Notes under the pieces: model-generated
Database searches by the model: none
What the model was told of the DNA's origin: nothing
What the model saw: only the letters and a program-made list of their open reading frames with translations
Source: Candidatus Latescibacterota bacterium
GTDB taxonomy: Bacteria > Latescibacterota > UBA2968 > UBA8231
Reading direction: 5' to 3'
Length of the DNA: 64,000 nt
Assembly: GCA_965200315.1 (NCBI GenBank)
Contig: OZ241362.1
Location: 3,744,001 to 3,808,000, forward strand
Made by a program: the position numbers and the translations under genes
Shown here: one piece after another, positions 28,151-36,241 of the stretch
Layout: each line of letters starts with the position of its first letter
Position numbering within the stretch: the first letter of the stretch is position 1

Positions 28151-28798
28151 ATGAAATCCTATACAGTCCAATTTGAAATCGCTGGCCCAACAGCCATGTG
28201 GACCCGGCCCGATACTGGTGATGCACCAGTTAGCTATCTAGTGCCGACGTTTTCAGCGGTCAAGGGGATGTTTGAATCTATCTGCTGGCTCAAGTCAGCT
28301 AACGTTAAGCCCGTAAAAGTCGAAATATGCGCACCACTTATCTTTCACACGTACTCGACAAACTATGGAGGACCTTTGCGCAAGAGCAAGATAATGAAGA
28401 AGGGAAGCAGCTACCAACTGCTATCGACGGTGTTGATCAATGTCAACTATCGACTGTATGCGGAAGTGGAAACCGTAGATTCCAGAATGCGGCAACTATC
28501 AGAACGTGCGGAGCGATCTCCTACTCTTTCTAGAAACGGGGCGCACGCATATCGGGATATGTTTGAACGTCGTCTGACACGCGGCCAATGGCATTCCGTT
28601 CCTTGCCTAGGCTGGAAAGAGTTTACGCCAAGCTACGTAGGCCCGTTTCGCGACGAGACTAAGATCTGCAAAAAAATTAACACAGTCATTCCAAGCATGC
28701 TACACTCCGTCTTTTCCGAACCCAAATTTGGTACTTATCAGCCAACATTTCGACAAAATGTCGTGATCGAAAATGGAGTCCTAATCTATGATAAATGA
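28151..28798 (+). CDS. cas5: Type I-C Cas5 (Cas5c/Cas5d)
   Basis: GPTAMWTRP, SYLVPTFSAVKGMFESI and PCLGWKEF motifs. Confidence 0.92.
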   Translation: MKSYTVQFEIAGPTAMWTRPDTGDAPVSYLVPTFSAVKGMFESICWLKSANVKPVKVEICAPLIFHTYSTNYGGPLRKSKIMKKGSSYQLLSTVLINVNYRLYAEVETVDSRMRQLSERAERSPTLSRNGAHAYRDMFERRLTRGQWHSVPCLGWKEFTPSYVGPFRDETKICKKINTVIPSMLHSVFSEPKFGTYQPTFRQNVVIENGVLIYDK

Positions 28799-30920
28799 GC
28801 TCTTTCTTCTCTCCGAAAGTCTGAAACAGGCTAAAGTTAAATCTCAACCTTGGCACCGGCACTTAAAAGGTCTTCCGAGTGGGAAAGCATTCTACGTCGA
28901 ACTCGACCGTCAAGGACATGTTGCCAAAGTTTCACCTATTATCGACCCGCAAATTCGAGCAGAATTGCGGAAATACGAAAAAGCTGCTGGTTACTCATTT
29001 CCATCATTCAACGTGCCGCCGTTGCTACAGTTCGTAAACGATGAGGAAAAGGAACGCGCAGCCATATTAAAAAAAAGGCTTGGATCGAAGAAGCCGCCAG
29101 AGGCAACGGATCGTGACGAAGAACTCAAATATCTGCTCTCAGTGAGCACATCGGGCTGGGATCAGCCTAACAAGGGTGTGCGTGGCAAAGACGAAATGGA
29201 CAAAGTGAATGATTGTCTATCTTCAGTAGCTCAAAATCTGGCTACGATGATGGGTGATTGCACAGATGAATCACAATCGTTTTTTGAATTGCTGCGCCGA
29301 GCCCAACTAACAAAAGGGCACACCTTTCATAAACAGTTGGAAGAGAGAGCGGTGCAAGGGATAAAGTCCGAACCACCCGAAGCTACTGAATGGATGGATA
29401 TTTTGTTCTTTCATTCGGGGAAGACACCAAAGAAGATCGCGATCGTCTTAGAACTCGTTGATCAATCGCAATTTGAGTATCCGGCGAACCATCCTGAGGT
29501 CCAAGCTTGGGTAAACAAGCACCTCCTGAGAACGGAAACCGTTGGGGAAGCAAAGCAGAAGAACGCGGACACACCGGATGCCTTTGCGATGAAAGGCGGC
29601 GGTACGAATGACAGCTTTCCAGAAGTCAAAATCCCGAAGCTGGGAAAGGTCAAGCTGCGCGCGATGTCTAAAGAACAGCCGTGTCAGCGGCGGTATGGTT
29701 CGGCCGACGCCCAATCGTTCCGAGTCTCGCAGTCAGTACGTCAAACCATGAAGAACGCTCTGGAGTGGATCACAGAGGACGAACGACGCGGAAAAACATG
29801 GTGCGACGTATCTTCGCTAGGCGGCACGTCTGCAATATTGATTGCCTATCCCTCCGAACTGCCTCCAGAAGCACCAGAGCTCGCGGGGTTGTTCGGTGGT
29901 GAAAGAAACCAACCTGACCCTGATGGTTCACGCTTCGAGGTCTGTGCGAGTCGTGTTACTGAGACTCTTAAGGGACAAACAGCGTCGTCACAAAATGCTG
30001 ACGTGCGCGTTTTTGTTCTGACCAAGCCCGATGGCTTTCGGACCAAGGTGCTGCACAGCAGTCGCTATACTGTTCAACACTTGCTCGACAGCGCTGACGA
30101 ATGGCAAGAGCTTTGTCGCAACTCGCCACCAGTAATGATTCGTCAATTTGGTCCAAAGAAAGGTGACAAACCCGTTTGGCAGCGTCCTCGCACGCCCTAC
30201 CCGGCTGAGGTGGTGTGGTGCCTAAACACGGTTTGGCAGCAAATGGGAACGCATCCCAAGACTACTTTCGATTTCCAGATTTCGGATGGCCTGTCTTTAC
30301 TACTGTCAGACGGTCCGGTGTTGCAAACGGTTACGAGGAGGGCAGTTCGGGCTATCACCAGTAATTCGTTATCGCTGCTGCTAGCGATCGGCCAAGCTGG
30401 CCATCAGGAAAAGGTTCACTCGATGAGTAAGGTTTATGGCAAACAAGCCTTGTTGCTTCCCCAGATTCTCGGATTGCTACTTGGAAAACTCGACTATAAG
30501 AAAGGAATTTATATGAAAAATGCACCTTATCTGATTGGTCGTCTCCTGAGTTTGGCCGACCAGTTACACATGCAGTATTGCCGTGAAGTACGCAAGGGCC
30601 AAGTGCCACCTCAATTAGTAGGTAATGCCCTCATGACAAGTGCGATGGAAACACCCGAAAAGGCACTCGCCTTATTTTGGCAGCGCATCAAGCCCTACTA
30701 CGCTTGGGCACAAACTGTCCAAGGTGGCGAGGAAGTACGTCTCACCAAGTACTTCCTCGGCGAGATAGGGCGCATCTGCGAATCCCTTTCCGAGCCGGAG
30801 CTACCAAGCCGATGCTCGGATACCGATAAGGTCGCTATGCTGCTTGGGTACCTCGCCCGTTCTGAAAAGGAAAAATCCGACGATTCGTCGAAAACTTCAA
30901 ACGAAGGAGAGCAGGAATGA
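28788..30920 (+). CDS. cas8c: Divergent type I-C large subunit Cas8c
   Basis: Lies between cas5 and cas7. C-terminal YLIGRLL...MLLGY helical bundle. Confidence 0.8.
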   Translation: MINELFLLSESLKQAKVKSQPWHRHLKGLPSGKAFYVELDRQGHVAKVSPIIDPQIRAELRKYEKAAGYSFPSFNVPPLLQFVNDEEKERAAILKKRLGSKKPPEATDRDEELKYLLSVSTSGWDQPNKGVRGKDEMDKVNDCLSSVAQNLATMMGDCTDESQSFFELLRRAQLTKGHTFHKQLEERAVQGIKSEPPEATEWMDILFFHSGKTPKKIAIVLELVDQSQFEYPANHPEVQAWVNKHLLRTETVGEAKQKNADTPDAFAMKGGGTNDSFPEVKIPKLGKVKLRAMSKEQPCQRRYGSADAQSFRVSQSVRQTMKNALEWITEDERRGKTWCDVSSLGGTSAILIAYPSELPPEAPELAGLFGGERNQPDPDGSRFEVCASRVTETLKGQTASSQNADVRVFVLTKPDGFRTKVLHSSRYTVQHLLDSADEWQELCRNSPPVMIRQFGPKKGDKPVWQRPRTPYPAEVVWCLNTVWQQMGTHPKTTFDFQISDGLSLLLSDGPVLQTVTRRAVRAITSNSLSLLLAIGQAGHQEKVHSMSKVYGKQALLLPQILGLLLGKLDYKKGIYMKNAPYLIGRLLSLADQLHMQYCREVRKGQVPPQLVGNALMTSAMETPEKALALFWQRIKPYYAWAQTVQGGEEVRLTKYFLGEIGRICESLSEPELPSRCSDTDKVAMLLGYLARSEKEKSDDSSKTSNEGEQE
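30513..30920 (+). CDS. cas11: Cas11c small subunit from an internal in-frame start in cas8c
   Basis: AAAGGAA followed by an AT-rich spacer and in-frame ATG 30513, just before the YLIGRLL motif; 135 aa. Confidence 0.7.
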   Translation: MKNAPYLIGRLLSLADQLHMQYCREVRKGQVPPQLVGNALMTSAMETPEKALALFWQRIKPYYAWAQTVQGGEEVRLTKYFLGEIGRICESLSEPELPSRCSDTDKVAMLLGYLARSEKEKSDDSSKTSNEGEQE

Positions 30921-31774
30921 CAGCTACTATTGCCAACGGCGTGAAACGATTCACGGGACTTCTGGTCATCGAAGTCATCAACTCCAATCCCAACGGTGAC
31001 CCAGACCGCGAGAGCGACCCACGGCAGCGCCCTGATGAGCGCGGAGAAATTTCTCCTGTTTCGTTCAAACGCAAAGTGCGCGATTTGATCGAATCGAAGG
31101 ATGGGGCTGTCTGGCAAGAAATGCGGACGGAAATGGACCTGAGCGACGAGCGATTTATGATCCTCGAGTCGCGTGGACGAGATCGCAAGCAGATTGATCA
31201 GGAATTAAAAAATGGATCGTTTCAAGGGAAATACTGGGACGGTCGGGTATTCGGAAACACCTTCTTGGAAGAAGGAGCCGCTGATACGATTAAGACAGGC
31301 GTAGCCCAGTTTGGTCTTGGGCTAAGCGTGGCCCCGATCGAAATCAGTCGCCATACCAACACAAACAAAGCCGGGGTGCAAGAAGGCAAAGATCGTGGTA
31401 TGGCCCCGATGGGCTATCGCTTTGTGCCACATGGAGTCTATTGCATGCCATTCTTTATAAATCCCTCTATGGCTCATAAATCGGGTTGTACGCAACAAGA
31501 TATCAACTTGTTGTTCAAAGTTATACCATACGCCTACGCACATACTCGGTCTCACGCCCGACCACTTGTCGATCTACGTCATGCTTGGGTGGTCGAGCAT
31601 AAATCAGTGCTGGGGTCGTGCTCCGATTTCGAGATTATCGAGGCATTGACACCAAGCAAGGATGGTGATCCCAACTCACCCTCAAACGCATGGTCCGATT
31701 ACACTGTGCCGACGCAGTTATCGGACGCATTGGTTGCTCGTGTCGCGAAAGTTCGGGATTTGGTGGCAGAATGA
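30917..31774 (+). CDS. cas7: Type I-C Cas7 (Csd2)
   Basis: NSNPNGDPD, SFKRKVRD, DGRVFG and GVAQFG motifs. Confidence 0.93.
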   Translation: MTATIANGVKRFTGLLVIEVINSNPNGDPDRESDPRQRPDERGEISPVSFKRKVRDLIESKDGAVWQEMRTEMDLSDERFMILESRGRDRKQIDQELKNGSFQGKYWDGRVFGNTFLEEGAADTIKTGVAQFGLGLSVAPIEISRHTNTNKAGVQEGKDRGMAPMGYRFVPHGVYCMPFFINPSMAHKSGCTQQDINLLFKVIPYAYAHTRSHARPLVDLRHAWVVEHKSVLGSCSDFEIIEALTPSKDGDPNSPSNAWSDYTVPTQLSDALVARVAKVRDLVAE

Positions 31775-33993
31775 TGTTGCTTGCGCACAGTCCGCAACCA
31801 GAGAACGAGATTCCCGCTCAACCATATGCCGAACACATTGAGAACGTCATCGTGTCAGCAGTTCGGCATGCCAATGATCTGACTGCTACCGCTACTGATA
31901 GTCAATTGTTCAAGTTCGCTGTTCAGTTGGCAGCCGAATTTCACGATCTCGGCAAACTTGACCCGGAGAACCAAGCTGTCCTTTCAGTCGGTGGCAGTGG
32001 ACATCTGCCGGTGAATCACGTCGATGCGGGTGTCGCACATCTGTTAAAGCCCTCTTCTCAACCGGCCGCACAACTGGCTGCAATTCTCGTCTTCTCGCAC
32101 CACCGTGGCCTGCCGGCTATCGCCGAACACCGAACTCTAAAGTCCGGATCGCCGTTCCGCGATCTGGAGCCGGATGAATCTGGACGCAAAACGAAAGACC
32201 ACACGGATAGACACCTAGAAGAATACCTGCGGTTACACCTCTCAACCGTCGCTCGCGCGGTACAATCAACGTGCTCGAACGAGCAACGTCAGAGCGACAT
32301 GTCTGTATTGCTTCGTTTGGCGTTGTCCTGCCTCGTTGATGCCGATCATTTTGATACAGCGCGGAATTATGGACAGGCTTTTTTTTCAAGTCCGAAACTT
32401 GAGCCAGCCGTGCGGCTTGAACTTCTAGATCGATATGTCGCTGGGTTGGCAGAGAACAAAAAAGACGAGCGGACACGGCTTAGGCAGGACGTTTATCGCG
32501 ATTGCCGCAATGCCGATCCGTCAAGTGAATCAGTGTTAGCCTGCGATTCTCCCGTTGGGTCTGGGAAGACAACGGCAATTATGGCACACCTGCTGAACGT
32601 AGCGGCTGAGCGTAAACTACGACGAGTCTTTGTCGTCTTGCCTTACACCAATATCATTGACCAATCGGTACAAACTTATCGTAAGGCACTTGTCAAAGCG
32701 GACGAAGACCCAGAAGGCGTCGTCGCAGCTCACCATCATCGAGCGGAATTCGACAGTCTCGCGGCTCGACATCTGACTTACTCGTGGAACAGCCCCATAG
32801 TTATTACGACTGCGGTCCAGTTCTTTGAAACTCTCGCTGCCTGTCGAACTGGGGCACTGCGAAAGCTCCATCAAGTCGCTGGCTCCGCGATCTTTATCGA
32901 TGAGGCCCACGCCGCGTTGCCAGCACACTTGTGGCCAATCGCATGGAAGTGGCTCCAAGAACTGAAGACCAATTGGGGCTGTTACTTCGTTATGGGGTCG
33001 GGATCGTTGAGTCGCTTCTGGGAACTGCCTGAGTTCGTCGATTCACCCCCGAAGGTGCCTAATCTAGTGAACGTGCGGGACCTTGAGTCAACGCGCGTCA
33101 CCTATCAATCTCATTCGGAGCCCATGGGTCTGGCGACGCTGGAATCATGGCTGCTCCAATTGCCGGGTCCGCGGCTGCTCATTGTGAACACCGTGCAATC
33201 GGCGGCTGTCATCGCACGGCATCTTGCCTATTGGAAGAGCCGAGACAACTGGCAATCGGATCATCCTCAAGTCGAGCACCTTTCAACTGCACTCACCCCG
33301 ACTGACCGGGCGAGTACTCTAAATCGAGTCATTAAACGTCTCACAAACAAAGATGATCGAGATTGGACACTCGTGGCAACCTCCTGCGTTGAGGCTGGCG
33401 TTGATTTTTCATTTCGGACGGGCATCCGCGAACGCGCTTGCTTGAACAGCCTCTTGCAAATAGCTGGCCGGGTGAACCGTGGAAACGAGTACGAGTCTGC
33501 CGACGTTTGGGACATTCAATTGGTCCATGACTCATGGCTTCGGCCACACCCAACGTTTGAGCATTCATCCGTCGTATTGGGAGAGCTGTTCAACGAAAGG
33601 CGAGTTGATGTGAGTTCCTGCACCGAGGCTCTACGACGTGAGATTCGTCGCTCGCGACCGAAGCGACTGAAGGATGAGTTAGTCAAGGCCGAATGCGCAC
33701 TGAATTTTCCGAAGGTTGCTGAATTATTTCGCGTCATCGACTCGCCGACACTGACAGCCGTGGTTAATGAGACCCTAAAAGAAAAGATCAAATCAGGCCA
33801 ACATTTTCCAAGCCAAGAGCTCCAGAATGGAAGCGTACAGATATACGGATCACGCGCCAGTGAGTGGGCACTACGCGAGTTTGAGCACAGGCCAGGGCTA
33901 TTCGCGTGGGAATTAGATTACGATCCCTTCTTAGGATTCATGGAGGGCGTACTTCCACTCGTAGATGGCGGCGCAAAGGGGTACATAGTATGA
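31771..33993 (+). CDS. cas3: Cas3 HD-nuclease/helicase
   Basis: FHDLGK, LVDAD, PVGSGKT, DEAH, EAGVD and QIAGRVNR motifs. Confidence 0.95.
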   Translation: MMLLAHSPQPENEIPAQPYAEHIENVIVSAVRHANDLTATATDSQLFKFAVQLAAEFHDLGKLDPENQAVLSVGGSGHLPVNHVDAGVAHLLKPSSQPAAQLAAILVFSHHRGLPAIAEHRTLKSGSPFRDLEPDESGRKTKDHTDRHLEEYLRLHLSTVARAVQSTCSNEQRQSDMSVLLRLALSCLVDADHFDTARNYGQAFFSSPKLEPAVRLELLDRYVAGLAENKKDERTRLRQDVYRDCRNADPSSESVLACDSPVGSGKTTAIMAHLLNVAAERKLRRVFVVLPYTNIIDQSVQTYRKALVKADEDPEGVVAAHHHRAEFDSLAARHLTYSWNSPIVITTAVQFFETLAACRTGALRKLHQVAGSAIFIDEAHAALPAHLWPIAWKWLQELKTNWGCYFVMGSGSLSRFWELPEFVDSPPKVPNLVNVRDLESTRVTYQSHSEPMGLATLESWLLQLPGPRLLIVNTVQSAAVIARHLAYWKSRDNWQSDHPQVEHLSTALTPTDRASTLNRVIKRLTNKDDRDWTLVATSCVEAGVDFSFRTGIRERACLNSLLQIAGRVNRGNEYESADVWDIQLVHDSWLRPHPTFEHSSVVLGELFNERRVDVSSCTEALRREIRRSRPKRLKDELVKAECALNFPKVAELFRVIDSPTLTAVVNETLKEKIKSGQHFPSQELQNGSVQIYGSRASEWALREFEHRPGLFAWELDYDPFLGFMEGVLPLVDGGAKGYIV

Positions 33994-34012
33994 ACAGATA
34001 TCAGCCTGCGTT

Positions 34013-34633
34013 ATGAATCTGCCCGACCCCATGCCCCTCTCGCTTCTCAACGACTTTCTCTATTGCCAACGCCGGGCGGTGCTAAAGGCGATTGAAGGAT
34101 GGCGCGGGACCAACGAGCACACCGTGATCGGCGATGGTGTCCACGAGCAAGCGGACGTCTCCGGCTACGAAACCATCAAGGGCGTGACTTTGCTGCGTAC
34201 TCTGCCCGTCTGGTCGGAACGGCTCCGGCTCAGCGGCAAGTGCGACATCGTCGAGCGCCATTCCGATGGATCGTTGGTCCCGGTCGAATACAAAAAGGGC
34301 CGACGCCGCAAGTTCGACAACGACGACGCCCAGCTTTGCGCACAAGCGTTGTGCCTCGAAGAAATGTTCGGGCAGGACATTCCCCAGGGTGCCATCTTCC
34401 ACGCCAAGAGCAAGTGCCGCCGAGAGGTGGAATTTACCGAGGATTTGCGCCGCCTCACCGAACAGGCCATTGAAGCCATGCACCGGCTAATTAAAGAGGA
34501 AACGGTCCCAAACGCCGTGCATAAACCCCAGTGTTCTGAGTGTTCGCTTTTTGACCATTGCCTTCCCGAGATTACTAGCGTTCCGCCCGTGCTGGCGCGG
34601 GCCTATCGGGCCGTGTTCGATATCACCGACTAG
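34013..34633 (+). CDS. cas4: Cas4 exonuclease
   Basis: YCQRR, GKCDIVE, PVEYKKG, QLCAQALCLEEM and CxxCS...C motifs. Confidence 0.96.
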   Translation: MNLPDPMPLSLLNDFLYCQRRAVLKAIEGWRGTNEHTVIGDGVHEQADVSGYETIKGVTLLRTLPVWSERLRLSGKCDIVERHSDGSLVPVEYKKGRRRKFDNDDAQLCAQALCLEEMFGQDIPQGAIFHAKSKCRREVEFTEDLRRLTEQAIEAMHRLIKEETVPNAVHKPQCSECSLFDHCLPEITSVPPVLARAYRAVFDITD

Positions 34634-34643
34634 AGATTTCTAG

Positions 34644-34680
34644 GCTTTCTTCTTGCTTCGGCACGGGACCGGACTGAAAA
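34644..34680 (+). repeat. Solitary degenerate CRISPR repeat ending on the cas1 ATG
   Basis: GCTTTCTTCTTGCTTCGGCACGGGACCGGACTGAAAA, 37 nt. Keeps the TTCG-loop hairpin and matches the repeat 3' end at 13/16 positions. Confidence 0.7.
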
Positions 34681-35741
34681 TGGCCATTACTCAAAATACC
34701 CTCTACTTGACGACACCCGGCACCGTAGTGCTCAGGGATCACTTGACGCTGCGGGTCGAGATCGAAAAGCAAACTCGCTTGACCGTGCCGATTCACCACT
34801 TGGAAAGCGTCTGTGTGTTTGGGCAGGTCGTGGTTACGCCGCCGGCTATGGCCTTGTGCTGGGACCATCAGGTGGCAGTCCATTACCATACGGAGAGCGG
34901 CTACTTGCTGGCGCAAGTCTTGGGAAGCGGCGACACCCGCTACTTGCTGCGCCGTGCTCAGTATGCGACGGCGGACAGCCCACAGGAGGCATCGCGCATT
35001 GCCCGGCAGTTTGTCGCTGGAAAGCTGCAAAACGCACGTTCCAATCTCTTGCGTTCTGCCCGGGAAGCCGATGACGATGCCGACCAAGGAAAACTGGCGG
35101 ATACCGCAGCCGAACTGGCCCGGCTGATCCGCCGGCTCGGCGATGCTCCGCCCATTGCTCCAAGTTGCGAGCTCCGGGATGCGCTCGACCCAATCAGGGG
35201 CTTAGAGGGCTTGGGCACCAAAGCGTATTTCTCAGCGTTCCTACACATGCTCAAACAACAGCGAGAAGACTTCAGATTTGTAACCCGCACCCGGCGTCCG
35301 CCCCGGGATCGAATGAACTGCCTGCTTTCCTTCGTCTACGCCTTGGTTCGCCACGACTGCTTGGCCGCGTTGACGACCGCTGGGCTGGACCCTTATGTCG
35401 GCTGGCTTCATGCAACGCGGGCGGGAAGGCCGGCTTGTGCCTTGGACCTAATGGAAGAGTTTCGCCCCTGTTTGGCAGAACGGCTGGCATTGACTTTGAT
35501 CAACCGTCGGCAGATCGAGCCCAAGCATTTTCGCGAACGCGAGGGCGGTGCTGTGGAGTTTACTGAACGGGGGCGGAAAGAGGTCATTCAGGCTTGGCAA
35601 CGGCGCAAGCAAACAGAAGTAAAGCACTCCTTGTTCAAGCAGAATATCCGCCTAGGGCAAGTGTTCAGTATTCAAGCCAAATTGTTGGCCCGAAAGCTCC
35701 GCGGCGATATTCCCGACTATATCTCGTTTATCTCAAAATAA
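34680..35741 (+). CDS. cas1: Type I-C Cas1
   Basis: NTLYLTT, RGLEG, RRPPRDRMNCLLSFVY and LDLMEEFRP motifs. Confidence 0.97.
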   Translation: MAITQNTLYLTTPGTVVLRDHLTLRVEIEKQTRLTVPIHHLESVCVFGQVVVTPPAMALCWDHQVAVHYHTESGYLLAQVLGSGDTRYLLRRAQYATADSPQEASRIARQFVAGKLQNARSNLLRSAREADDDADQGKLADTAAELARLIRRLGDAPPIAPSCELRDALDPIRGLEGLGTKAYFSAFLHMLKQQREDFRFVTRTRRPPRDRMNCLLSFVYALVRHDCLAALTTAGLDPYVGWLHATRAGRPACALDLMEEFRPCLAERLALTLINRRQIEPKHFREREGGAVEFTERGRKEVIQAWQRRKQTEVKHSLFKQNIRLGQVFSIQAKLLARKLRGDIPDYISFISK

Positions 35742-35745
35742 CGCA

Positions 35746-35770
35746 GTCTTCTGCCGGTAGGGATTGAAAT
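35746..35770 (+). repeat. Collapsed CRISPR-repeat-like unit abutting the cas2 ATG
   Basis: GTCTTCTGCCGGTAGGGATTGAAAT has a repeat-like 5' GTCT and 3' GGATTGAAA. Confidence 0.65.
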
Positions 35771-36061
35771 ATGTTTGTTCTAGTCGCATACGACGTTTCC
35801 ACAACTGACCGGGCTGGGCAAAAGCGACTGCGCCGAGTGGCAAGAGCCTGTAAAGATTACGGCGTTCGAGCGCAAAAATCGCTTTTTGAATGTCAGGTGA
35901 GAAAGACGGAATGGGCTGCCCTCAGGAATCGTCTGCTAAAGGAAATCGATCCTAAACAGGATTCCCTCAGAATATATCACCTAGACGAAAACTCCAAAGA
36001 CAAGACGGAGCATCACGGGCTCAACGAACCTGTGGACCTCAATGAGCCACTCGTCTTATAG
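35771..36061 (+). CDS. cas2: Cas2
   Basis: LVAYDV, RLRRVA..C..YG.RAQKSLFEC and DSLRIY motifs. Confidence 0.97.
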   Translation: MFVLVAYDVSTTDRAGQKRLRRVARACKDYGVRAQKSLFECQVRKTEWAALRNRLLKEIDPKQDSLRIYHLDENSKDKTEHHGLNEPVDLNEPLVL

Positions 36062-36241
36062 TGTACGCGAATGCAAAGTAACGGCGTTTTGCGCTTACTT
36101 TCGCACAGTTGGCAACTCTATGACTAACAACAAGTTACAGCGAGGCATCAGCCTGCGCTTTGTCAGCAGGATGCGGATGAAAGGAGGTTCGCGCATCCGC
36201 CTGTGTAATCTTTTGGTATTCCGCTGGTTACAATAACACGC
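36062..36241 (+). promoter_or_regulatory. CRISPR leader
   Basis: Non-coding 180 nt between cas2 and the first repeat, with I-C-type GCGAA...TTCGC motifs and an IHF-like TAACAACAAGTTA. Confidence 0.75.

Noticed and set aside
34681-34700. Sequence after the cas1 solitary repeat resembles the vapBC promoter (10/14), as a CreA-like guide would
   Set aside because: There are mismatches in the seed and no TTC PAM, and the sequence is constrained by cas1 coding. Too weak to support.
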